Below, piece by piece: positions 23,091-35,260 of a stretch of DNA of 64,000 nucleotides (its first letter is position 1; each line of letters starts with the position of its first letter). Source of the DNA: Squalus acanthias (lineage: Eukaryota); NCBI GenBank assembly GCA_030390025.1, contig CM059433.1, positions 1,550,001 to 1,614,000 on the forward strand, in the 5' to 3' direction. The notes under the pieces are model-generated. The model searched no databases. It saw only the letters and a list, made by a program, of their open reading frames with translations, and was not told the DNA's origin. A program made the translations under genes and the position numbers.

Positions 23091-26000
23091 GGGGGAATTT
23101 AAACCTAAAAAAACGGGTGGGTTGGGGTCTTGTGGGAAATTAAAGTGTGAAAAATCTGAATCCTGACCAGAACCCGCCTCCAACCCGCCCACTTCCGCTT
23201 TTAACGGAGGCGGGACGCTAACACGCTCCCAGGAGGCCATTTAAATATTCTAATGAGGCCGGAAGCCTCTGACTTAACCTCCATTTTGAATTTAATTCAG
23301 CTGGTCAGGTTTTGCACGCTTTGTGAAACTCGCCGGCTGATGGAAAGAAAGGACTGCTGGATCCATTCAATACTTTTCCACGTTTTTCCCCCTATTTTCC
23401 TTTTCTCTCTAACCCTCCCTGACCACACTCTCCTGTCGTCATGCCTCCTTTCATCTCTCTTCTCTCGGATATACTGCCCTCCCAAATCCCTACCCCAATC
23501 CTTCATTACTCTTCGACCTTCCTACTCTCCTGCCGCCGTCCCAGGCTTGACTCCCTCTTAGATAAGCCCACAGCTTCCCTCTGTGCCTCTCTTGGCATCC
23601 TACGAAGGGGCCATCGAGGCACTCGTCGCTGCCACCTTACGAGCAGCAACCCCAACTGTCCCATCCTACTCTCTCGCCGACCTTCCCGGTCAGTGCGCCC
23701 ACTGGGGGCAAATCTTGCCAATCTCCTCCCCATCTAACTCATCCCCCGCTCTCTCCCCCCCCCCCCCCCCCCCAGCGCTGACCCTGTGGATGCTGGCAGT
23801 GGGGCAGCCATCACCGACCCTCTCCGCATCTCTCTCCAGAATGTCCGTTCACTTGCGAACAAGGCCCTTAGCCATCCATGAGCTTATCGTGGATGACTGC
23901 ATCGATATCATGGCCCTGACGGAAACTTGGTTGAGGGGTGATGACACCTTACCCTTAAATGAAGCCTTCCCACCTGGCTATACCTTCCACCACTTGCCCC
24001 GCTCAGATCGCCATGGTGGCAGTGTGGCTCTCATCACCAAATCACACCTTGGTCTGTCCCCCCCTATTCCTCCGGCAGTTTCTCCTCCTTTGAGCATCTC
24101 ACCTTATTCCACCACTCTCACCTCTCATTTAAAATTCTTGTTCTCTACTGTCCACCCAAGTATCATAAAAATTTTACTACCGCGATATCTTCACTGTTCT
24201 CCTCCCTCAGCCTCTGCACCGAACGACTTCTCATCCTCGGTGATTTCAACCTCCATCTCAATTCATCATGCTCTCTCTCCTCTGAGTTCACTAGCCTCCT
24301 ATTCTCCCTTAATCTCTCCCTCCTTGTAAACTCTCCAACCCATATTCACGGCCACCCCCTTGACCTTGCCATCTCTCGTGGCCTCGCTACTCCCATCGTG
24401 TCAATTGCAGATAAGGCCATCTCTGATCACTTCCTCGTATCGCTCTCCACCCACATCCCCCTTCCACTCACCTCCCCCCACCCTACTTCCTTCTGTGTCT
24501 GCCCCTGGAAGAAACTCTCTCCCAACTCTCTTACAACTGCGCTTATGAAATCCCAACTGTCCAGCCTCTGGCCCTCCATTCACCATGACATTTCTGCAGC
24601 TTTCGATCTGCTCAACCACACCCTCATCACTATCTTTGATGCCCTAGTCCCATCTAAAACAATTACCCTCTCTCACCCTGGCTGTTCCCCCGGTACAGCT
24701 CTCATCTTTGCTCCCTTAAGTCCAAGGGACGCAGACTTGAACAGATATGACGGACAATTGGTTTAGCCATTCACCGCCAGATCTGGCTGGACCACATAAA
24801 GCACTATCGGGCCCAGCTCCCGTCTGCCAAAATTGCTCTCTATTCCAGAATCATTCTGGAATGCAAAGATAAACCCCGGCTCCTATTCTCCACTGCTAAC
24901 CGTCTTCTTAAACCCCTCTCCCCTGTCTCCTCCACCCTCACCTCCGATAACAAGTGTGAGGAGCTCATGGACTTCTTTGTCTCTAAGATTGAGACCATCC
25001 GTTCAGCTGCCTCTGCCACTTCCCTTCCTTCCCTAACCCACCGGGTCAAACTTCCTCTAAGGTTCCCCCCTGCCCCAGCCCTGAACTCACATCTTTCTCC
25101 AGTTTCTCTTCGATCTCCCCTCATGACCTCCCCGCGCTCATCATGTCCATGAGACCCACCTCCTGCTCCCTCGACCCTATTCCCACCAAACTGCTGACCA
25201 CCCAACTTCCTTTTCTGGCTCCCATGTTAGCTGACCTTGTTAACGGTTCTCTCCTCAGGTACTGTCTCCCTCTCCCTCAAATCTGCCGTCATCACCCCTC
25301 TCCTCAAAAAAACAAACTTTGATCCCTCCGTCCTTGCAAACTACTGCCCCATCTCCAACCTCCCTTTCCTCTCCAAAGTGCTTGAACGTGTTGTCGCCTC
25401 CCAAATCCATGCCCATCTTTCCCACAACGCCATGTTTGAATCCCTCCAATCAGATTTCCGCCCTTGCCACAGTACCGAAACGGCTCTCATCAAAGTCACA
25501 AATGACATCCTTTGTGGTAAACAAAGGTTAACCAACCCTCCTCGTCCTTCTTGACTTGTCTGCAGCCTTTGACACGGTTGACCACTCCATCCTTCTCCAG
25601 CGCCTCTCCACCATTGTCCAGCTGGGTGGGACTGCACTCGCCTGGTTCCATTCTTATCTATCTAATCGTAACCAGAGAATCACCTGCAACGACTTCTCTT
25701 CCCACTCCCGCATCGTTACCTCTGGTGTCCCCCAAGGATCTATCCTTGGCCCCCTCCTATTTCTTATCTACATGTTGCCCCTTGGTGACATCATCCGAAA
25801 ACACAGCGTCAGTTTCCACATGTACGCTGACAACACCCAGCTCTACCTCACTACCTCTTCTCTCGACCCCTCCACGGCGTCTAAATTGTCAGACTGCTTG
25901 TCCGACATACAGTTCTGGATGAGCAGAAATTTTCTCCAATTAAATATTAGGAAGACCGAAGCCATTGTTTTCGTTACCCGCCAAAAACTCCGTTCCCCAG

Positions 26001-27165
26001 CCACTGACTCCATCCCTCTCCCTAACATCTGTTTGCAACCTTGGTGTCATATTTGATCCTGAGATGAGCTTCCGACCACATATCCGCAGCATAACTAAGA
26101 CCGCCTATTTCCACCTCCGTAACATCGCCCATCTCCGCCCTTGCCTTAGCTCATCTGCTGTTGAAACCCTCATCCATACCTTTGTTACCTCTAGACTTGA
26201 CTATTCCAATGCACTCCTGGCTGGCCTCCCACATTCTACCCTACATAAACATGAGGTGATCCAAAACTCGGCTGCCCGTTTCCCAAGTCCCGTTCGCCCA
26301 TCACCCCTGTGCTCGCTGACCTACATTGACTCCTGGTTAAGCAATGCCTCGATTTCAAAATTCTCATCCTTGTTTTCAAATCCCTCCATGGCCTCGCCCC
26401 TCCCTATCTCTGTAATCTCCTCCAGCCCCACACCCCCCCCCCCGAGATATCTGCGCTCCTCTAATTCTGCCCCCTTGAGCATCCCTGATTATAATCGCTC
26501 AACCATTGGTTGCTGTGCCTTCTGTTGTCTGGGCCCTAAGCTCTGGAATTCCCTGCCTAAAGCTCTCCGCCTCGCTACCTCTCTTTCCTCCTTTAAGACG
26601 CTCCTTAAAACCTACCTCTTTGACCAAGCTTTTGGTCACCTGCCCTAATTTATCCTTATGTGGATCGGTGTCAAATTTTTTGTCTTAAAGTACTCCTGTG
26701 CAGCGCCTTGGGACGATTTACTACGTTAAAGGTGCTATATAAATACAAGTTGTTGTTGATGTTTGATCCAGGAGGTAAGTGCCTTTACACTTTCCTCCTG
26801 GATCCAGCATCCCTGCCTAACCCACCCCCCGCGATCGAAGACTCCCCACGAGGCCTCCGATTCCCCCCCCGCAGGATCCAGCAGTCCTCGCCTTCCATTA
26901 GCTGGCAGGTTTCACAAGGCCTTCACAACCCAACCAACCACTGTTAAATTTAAAATGGTGGTTATATCTGAGGCCTGCCAGCCTCATTATAATATTTTAA
27001 AATGGCAACCTGCCTCCTGGGAGTGGGTTGGCTGCCCCCATCCAGTCTCCATTAAAGCCGGAAGTGGGAGGGTTGGAGGCGGGTTGGGGTCGGGATTCAG
27101 ATTTTTAACACTTTAACTTCCCACCCGACCCCAACCCACCCGTTGTTTTGGGTTAAAATTCCCCC
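23091..27165. mobile_element. Harbinger-type MITE with long imperfect TIRs, interrupted by an L2
   Basis: Termini GGGGGAATTTAAACC / GGGGGAATTTTAACC (rc); inverted similarity extends more than 100 bp; flanks GTG/TTG. Related copy at 59531-60326. Confidence 0.8.
23366..26764 (+). mobile_element. L2-clade LINE with frameshifted APE endonuclease-RT ORF2
   Basis: MALTETWL, ILGDFN, ISDH, PISNLPFLSKVLERVV, HSTETAL, SAAFDTVDH, GVPQGSILGPLLF, MYADNTQLY, FVTSRLDYSN; (GTT)n tail; GATCCA at both junctions (23360-23365, 26765-26770). Confidence 0.92.
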
Positions 27166-27312
27166 TTGAGGTGAGGTCTCTGGTTTGGGCTCGGACAGTC
27201 AGGGGTTCAGCTCTTGCGACGGGGCCGTTTTATTTCACGACTGAGAGCTGGCTCTGCTGTGTCAATTACCGCTCAGTCAGTAGTTACATTTGTTATGCTA
27301 GATGAAGGAAAC

Positions 27313-27734
27313 ATGGTGGCATAGTGGTTAGCACTGGTGCCTCACAGCGCCAGGGACCCGGGTTCGAATCTGACCTCGGGTGACTGTCTGTGTGGAGTTT
27401 GCACATTCTCCCCGTGTCTGCATGGGTTTCCTCCGGGTGCTCCGGTTTCCTCCCACAGTCCAAAAATGTGTGGGTTAGGTTGATTTGGCTATGATAAATT
27501 GACCCTTAGTGTTAGGGGGGGATTAAATATGTGGGGTTATGGGGATAGGATGGGATATGTTAGGGGGAATTAAATACGTGGGGTTACGGGGGTAGGGTGG
27601 GATATGTGTACTCTGGGGATTAAAGCAGGGACAGGGTACTGGATTTGGATGATCAGCCATGATCGTATTGAATGGTGGAGCAGGCTCGACGGGCCGAATG
27701 GCCTACTCCTGCTCCTAGATTCTATGTTTCTATG
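27313..27734 (+). mobile_element. HE1-like V-SINE (tRNA head, V-domain, CR1-derived tail)
   Basis: A box TGGCATAGTGG, B box GGTTCGAATC, V-domain TGTGTGGAGTTTGCACATTCTCCCCGTG...GGGTTTCCTCCGGGTGCTCCGGTTTCCTCCCAC; tail like the CR1 3' UTR at 58950-59040. Confidence 0.85.
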
Positions 27735-30604
27735 ACACACAAGAAGAACCAATTAATAAACAGCAGGGAGAAATTCAAAATATCTCTGAATGCCAGTCGT
27801 CTTGACCTGGACCGCAGGCCCTCGTTTCTTTGGCCATTTTATTATTTATCACCCAACTAAATTTTAAGGCATTGGTTGTGTTTTATCTGCCCCAGATTCC
27901 TTTTGTGTGCCATCTAATCTCTTCAATGAATGGATAAGAAATAAATCTTTATGTCCTTGATTTGGCTTTTCATTGCAATGTTTGAGTTTGCATGTCAGTT
28001 GCTGGTTGTTTATTGCTGAAAGTTTTATATGTAAATGAACATCTTTGGTTAAAAATACTAATTGTTTAATTGCAGTTACTGTCACGTCTACTTGGGAAGT
28101 AGGTGGAAGTTGTCATGGTAACCATGTTGCTGTCAAAGGCGTTCACTGACTTTGTCTTTTAAGGAAGTTTGTGAACAGACAGATTTGAGACTTCATTTGT
28201 GACATGTATGTAAAGCATGGATCGGTCTCCATAAACTACTCAGGCTTGTAATAAGAACAGTCGCTTGCTTTGGGGCTATTAGCAGGAAGGCTGAATTATC
28301 ATGACTTTATAATTTAAGAATATCTCGAGATATCCCTAGACACTTTCACAGATGCCTCAACAAATGTATCACCTGAACTGAATGCTTCATAAACTCTAGA
28401 AGGGGAAAGCCCCCGAGCATTTATGAAAGGAGATAGCTGTGCCAATTAAAAAAGATTTAAGATTGTAACTTGGTCATCTGAACACTGTTAAATGTTCTAC
28501 TGGCATTTGCTAATGGTGCAATGGTAGAGCATTACAACAACAGAACGCTTCTTCAAACCTCAAACCTCTTGTTTTAAAAATATAAGAGCTGCCTACCACC
28601 CTGCATATTTGTGGCTTAAAGTGACCGTGTCCTTTTGTTGCTCCGTTGTGACTTAATTGTAAAACTATCAACTGTAAAACACGCATAACCTTTTCATTTT
28701 GCGTTGCCTTACATCAATAAAACAGAAAGGAAATAAAGGGATTGGTAAATGTCTGTTCCCTCTCTGTAAAGATAGCAGCTTTTTGGAAACAGATATCTAC
28801 AGCTTGCATACAATAAATTTAATTAGCATTCATAACAATAAAATCTTTCCTATTTGATTAAATCACTCCAGGGAGACCAAATCTGAGGCTGATGTCTTTG
28901 TCACGTTTTAAATGGAAAGTAATGAAAGGCCACCTTTAAGGAGTTGCACGGTACAGCTGTTTGCTGATTTCTTTCCAGGCCAGCAGAAATGGATACAGCT
29001 ATACATCCATTTAAATGGAGCATAATTTCCCAGCAAAATATTTGCTGGCTGATTAAATTACTCTTACGAGAAACCTGCCTTTGGATTAGTACTAATTGAT
29101 CCCTTAATTGGTGCATTGGGGGTCATTCTTTCGAGGCAGCCTGCCTTCTAGCAGAATAACCAGTATAGCACGGCACACGATGTTTTCTTATAATGTTACA
29201 CTTTCTTAATAAAGCCCCTGAAAATGTATCAGGAAGTTGGCATTTAAACACCTAACAGGCAAAATTCTAGGCATCACATTCTGTGCTATTGAGGTAAAAA
29301 CACACATCATCTCCTGGTGCACAGATCCATCTTAGTCTCTGCACAAGCAAAGGTGATTGGAGGTTTGATTGGGGATAACATTTTTCATGATAAATTCTCA
29401 GGTTTAAAATGTTTGGGTTTGGACATGTTGCAATTCTTGGTGTCTCACAAGTTTCTTGAACTGCTGGTGATTTTATTGATTATATTTGTGTAATGGGCAG
29501 CCTGCAAGTGAGGTAACCAAGCTCTTGGGAAGGCTGGGTAGTAATGGTGCTGGAAAAAAATTACATTAAATTAGCGATCTTGGAAAGTGTGCCTAACTGT
29601 GAGGCAACACGACGGAAAATCCTATTAAATTCTGGGATCAGCATCAGCTGTTTTCTTGGGTCAAGTTTTTCATCATTTCGGTCCACGTTACTGTCATCCA
29701 CTATATGGACTGCCATCCCTCCTAACCCCAGAGTTTCACTGTTAGCTGTGTGGAAGGTACTGAGTTAACACTTGTGAAATTCTTACTAACCCAGAGTGGA
29801 TCAAAAGTCGAGTCACTTTGGCTGTATACATTAATTCAGCTCTCCTGTGCTGTCAAGCTCATTAGCTCCTCCAAGCCAGCTCCCCTGATTCTGTTATTTG
29901 CACCTATCATTTTAATAATATTTAAAAGTTCAATAGGTGATTCAGTTAGTAAATAATCAGTCCTATTCAAACGATTTCTGACGTGGGAAATTGAAAACTT
30001 GCAGTGGTGCAGTACGTATTCATATTAAAGCAGGGTTCAGGCAAGTTATTGGAGTAAAGTAGAGAACATTTTATTCTGTATCTAGCATGGCCTTTGATTT
30101 GGGAGGATGTTGGCTGATGGTGGATGCATATTATGGTTAAATGTTCTTTCTCAGCACTGACCTCCCTCACACTGATGGTGCAGATTCATCCCCCGTTACA
30201 TAAAAAAAGAGAAAATTTGAGTCCAATGACAAGAATTTAGAAAATCTCATTGAACTGCTAAAATAAATGAATCAGTCAACACTGGTGAGTTCTTACAAAC
30301 AAGAGATGTTCCTCTTTCAGTGGGGTTGGAATAATATTTAAGTAAAAGCAGAAAATGGTGGAAGTACACCCATTGGTCAGCAACTCAAATGAAAGATAGT
30401 TTCAAATTTTTGAAGAATTACATCTGAAGTGAAAAGCTATCTTTCTCCTTCAGATTCTGGCCGACTGATTTCCAGCTTTTGCTGTACTTTGTTATCACCA
30501 ACACATTCTTCTTCTTGACTTTGAAATGTTTTGATTCCCAAATAGAAATGTTTCCTTTAGTCATCAAAACAGCAGCAGGATCAGCTCTTCCTGGCATTGG
30601 TTCA

Positions 30605-31019
30605 AGTAACCCCATCCACCACCTTGAACATTCACTCCCTCCACCACCGGCGTACCGTGGCTGCAGTGTGTACCATCTACAAGATGCACTGCAGCAACTC
30701 GCCAAGGCTTCTTCGGCAGCACCTCCCAAACCCGCGACCTCTTCCACCTAGAAGGACAAGGGCAGCAGGCGCATGGGATCACCACCACATCCAAGTTACA
30801 CACCATCCTGACTTGGAAATATATCGGCCGATCCTTCATCGTCGCTGGATCAAAATCCTGGAACTCCCTCCCTAACAGCACTGTGGGTGCACCTTCTCCA
30901 CACGGACTGCAGCGGTTCAAGAAGGCGGCTCACCACCACCTTCTCAAGGGCAATTAGGGATGGTCAATAAATGCTGGCCTTGTCAGTGATGCCCACATCC
31001 CATAAACGAATAAAAAAAA
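30605..31019 (+). mobile_element. 3' fragment of a second CR1-superfamily LINE family
   Basis: HSLHHRRTVAAVCTIYKMH...WNSLP and an A-rich end; same family as 55096-56322. Confidence 0.75.
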
Positions 31020-31512
31020 CCTAAAGGCTGCCTTAAAATTAAGCAAGACCAACCCAGTTCCTGGTGGGCAAGGGCCCACGGCACAAAACCACCCCTAATT
31101 TTGCACTAATTGCCAACCGCATTCACAAAGACCGCAAGGATGGTTGACTTAGAGAGTGGAAGTGTCACACTAGGGGATTAGGGGCTCTTCTGAGGTTAGG
31201 CTGAAGGTGCGTGGAGTGGAGTAGAGAGAACTGTACTCTGCAACCAACTCATGTCAGTGAGTTTACTTGATGCTGACACAATGTCAGAGATGGGGAAGTG
31301 CTCCACTTCTTAAAGCTAATCCCTGGCTTGATGAGCACAAAATATTAGCAAAAGAAAATACTTCCGAGGAGGCAGTAATCAGAACAAGAGGAAGTTTATC
31401 TTGATACAAATATATTGCATTGTATCTCTTATAGGACAATGCAGGGATTAGATTACCTGGGGTGAAATTCAACTTCGGGAAGTCAACAGAAAAGAAAATT
31501 GGGTGGAGTGGA

Positions 31513-34500
31513 TAGAAACATAGAAAAATAGGAGCAGGAGTAGGCCATTCGGCCCTTCGAGCCTGCTCCACCATTCAATGCGATCATGGCTGATCCTCTA
31601 TCTCAATACCATATTCCCGCTCTCTCCCCATACCCCTTGATGCCTTTTGTGTCTAGACATCTATCTACTTCTTAAATATATTCAGTGACTTGGCCTCCAC
31701 AGCCTTCTGGGGTAGAGAATTCCACAGGTTCACCACCCTCTGAGTGAAGAAATTTCTCCTCATCTCAGTCCTAAATGTCCTACCCCGTATCCTGAGACTG
31801 TGACCCCTGGTTCTAGATCCCCAGCCAGGGGAAACATCCTCCCTGTATCCAGTCTGTCTAGCCCTGTCAGAATTTTGTACGTTTCAATGAGATCCCCTCT
31901 CATTCTTCTAAACTCTAGTGAATACAGGCCTAGTCGACCCAATCTCTCCTCATACGACAGTCCTGCCATCCCAGGAATCAGTCTGGTGAACCTTCGCTGC
32001 ACTCCCTCTATGGCAAGTATATCCTTTCTTAGGTAAGGAGACCAAAACTGCACACAGTACTCCAGGTGTGGTCTCACCAAGGCCCTGTACAACTGTAGTA
32101 AGACATCCTTGCTCCTGTACTCAAATCCTCTTGCAGTGAAGGCCAACATACCATTTGCCTTCCTAACTGCTTGCTGCACCTGCATGTTTGCTTTCAGTGA
32201 CTGGTGTACAAGGACACCCTGGTCCCTTTGTACATCAACATTTCCCAATCTGTCACCATTTAAATAATACTCTACCTTTCTGTTTTTCCTACCGAAGTGG
32301 ATAACTTCACATTTATCCACGTTATACTGCATCTGCCATGTATTTGCCCACTCACTCAACTTGTCTAAATCGCCTTTAAGCCTCTTTGCATCCTCCTCAC
32401 AACTCACAATCCCACCTAGTTTTGTGTCATCAGCAAACTTGGAAATATTACATTTGGTTCCCTCATCCAAATCATTGATATATATTGTGAATAGCTGGGG
32501 CCCAAGCACTGATCCCTGTGGTACCCCACTACTAGTCACCGCCTGCCACCCCAATAAAGACCCATTTATTCCTACTCTCTGTTTCCTGTCTGTTAACCAA
32601 TTTTCAATCCATGCCAGTATATTACCCCCAATCCCATGTGCTTTAATTTTGCACACTAACCTCTTATGTGGGACTTTATCAAAGGCCTTCTGAAAATCCA
32701 ATTACACCACATCCACTGGTTCTCCCTTATCAATTCTACCAGTTACATCCTCAAAAAACTCCAGTAGGTTTGTCAAACACGATTTCCCTTTTATAAATCC
32801 ATGTTGACTTTGTCTAATCCCGTTGATATTTTCTAAGTGTCCTGTTATCACATCCTTTATAATAGACTCTAGCATTTTCCCTACTACTGATGTTAGGCTA
32901 ACCGGTCTGTAGTTCCCTGTTTTCTCTCTCCCTCCTTTTTTAAATAGTGGGGTTACATTTGCCACCCTCCAATCTGCAGGAACTTGGAGACCTATAGACA
33001 ACTCCCACCAATGTTTTCTGCCCCTTGGTGCTTCTTAGCTCCACCCAGACTGATTCTACATCTTGATTTTCTGAGCCAATATCCTTTCTCACTATTGCTC
33101 TGATTTCATCCTTTACTAACAATGCCACCCACCTCCTTTCCTTTTTCCCTGTCCTTCCTAAACATCGAATATCCTTGAATATTCAGCTCCCAGCCTTGGT
33201 CACCCTGTAGCCATGTCTCCGTAATTGCAATTATATTGTATCCGTTTACATCTATTTGCGCTGTTAATTCGTCTACCTTATTACGAATGCTTCGTGCATT
33301 CAGATACAGTGCCTTTAGATTTGTCTTTTTAACATTTTTAGACATTTTGTACCATGGCTCTATTTGCCTTATTACCATTTTTTCTTACCAGGACCCTATT
33401 TGTTCGTGCACTCCTTTGTTTGTACGCTCTGTCCCTTCCTGACACAATCTGGTTATCCTTACTCCAATCACTTTCCTGCACTGCTTCCTTGTCTTTTCTC
33501 TTTCGCATTCTAGATTTCTCTCCACTGGGACCCTCCCCCGCCCTTATTTAGTTTAAAGCCCTATCTCCCTCCCTAGTTATTCGATTCGCTAGAACTCTGG
33601 TCCCAGCATGGTTCAGGTGCAGTCCGTCCCAACGGAACAGCTCTCTCTTTCCCCAGTACTGGTGCCAGTGCCCCACGAATCAAAACCCACTTCTCCCACA
33701 CCAGTCTTTGAGCCACGCATTCATCTCCCTGATCCTATTGACCCTATGCCAATTTGCTCGTGGCTCCGGTAATAATCCAGAGATTATCACCCTTGTGTTT
33801 CTGCTCTTTAATTTAGTCCCTAGCTGCTCAAACTCTCTCAGCAGAACCTCTTTCTTTGTCCTACCTATGTCATTGGTACCTACGTGGACCACGACAACTG
33901 GATCCTCCCCCTCCCACTCCAAGTTCTTCTCCAGCCCGGAGGAGATGTCCTTTACCCTGGCACCGGGCAGGCAACATAGTCTTCGGGACTCATGCACCTG
34001 GCTGCAGAGAACAGTGTCTATCCCCCTAACTATACTGTCGCCTACTACAACCACCTTCCTTTTTACTCCCCCCACTTGAACGGTTTCCTGTACCACGGTG
34101 CCTGTGGTCAGTTTGCTCGTCCTCCCCGCAGTCCTCGCACTGGTCCACAAGGGTTGCAAGAACCTCGAATCTATTGGACAAGTGCAGGGACTGAGGCTCC
34201 TGCAGTACTACCTCCTGTATCCCCGTACCTGCCTCACTCGCAGTCACACCCTCCTGTCCTGACCACGTGTCAATTCTAAAGTATTTAATCTAAGGGGTGT
34301 GGCTGCCTCCTGGAGAAAAAGTTCCAGGTAACTTTCTCCCTCCCTGATGTCTCACAATGTCTGCAGCTCGGACTCCAGCTTCTCAACTCGGAGCAGAAGT
34401 TCCTCGAGCTGCAGACACTTACCGCAGATGTAGTCACCCTGGACAAAAATGTCCACAAGCTCCCACATATTGCAGCAGCAACACATCCCCTGTTCTCCCA

Positions 34501-34979
34501 TTATTTTATTTATTTAATTAATTAGTTTAGTGTTAATCAAATTATTTACCTCGTTTAGTTTATTAAATTAAGTTTAGTTTTTAAAATTTAGTTATATGCT
34601 ATATGTTAACTTAAAGCTTAGCCCACAGCCACTACCAATCACTTACCTGCCTTACCTGTGATGTCACACTGCCGTTTTCTCTTGTTGATGCAGGTCTGTT
34701 GCTGCTTTTATCCCCGTTCTCGGGCCTCGGTCTCTCCCGCTCTCGGGCCTCGGTCTGCTCCCGTTCTCGGGCCTCGGTCTGCTGCCGCTCTGCGGGAGAA
34801 GATAGGAAAACCAAGCACCTCCTTCCCCCACTTCACCGAACTCCCACACTTACCAAACTCCTAAGTTTTTCACTCTGTTCCAGCTGCACTCAGTGCCATT
34901 GCACTCACAGGCCCCTGTTTTTAAACTGTTTGTAAATCTAGCTATCTAATTAACTAATTAACTAGCTACAGCTGCTCTC
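31513..34979 (-). mobile_element. Near full-length CR1 with 5' UTR, esterase ORF1 and internally deleted ORF2
   Basis: ORF1 about 34501-33548 (Cys-rich N-terminus, VVVGDSIVRG, HVGTND SGNH-esterase blocks); endonuclease YLNARSIRNK / AITETW; RT DFQKAFDKV, GVPQGSVLGP, KFADD; tail at 31513; GGATA at both ends. Confidence 0.92.
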
Positions 34980-35260
34980 GGATAACGGGTGGCCGATCCA
35001 CTACCACCCGCTTTGCACCCCTGCAAAAGTTGAATTACACCCACCACCCCATCTCCCCCACCCCTCGTCTCCTGCACACAATGTTACACATTCAAGTTTC
35101 AGGGTTATCTCAGTTGGGGAAATTCCATTTGTCCATTGAATAGGTTAAGGACTGCAGGTTTTTGTGCTTTTTTCAAAAAGCACCACTCAAGTGCATTTAG
35201 TCCCACCACTCCCAAGATCAGATAGAGTGGCCGATGTGATAATGAGCCTATTGCAACAGA

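Noticed and set aside
27313..27385. tRNA gene
   Set aside because: The A/B boxes belong to a SINE head that continues into a V-domain; no complete cloverleaf seen.
33680..34159. Host GDSL/SGNH lipase gene
   Set aside because: Lies directly upstream of a CR1 endonuclease-RT in the same orientation; it is CR1 ORF1.
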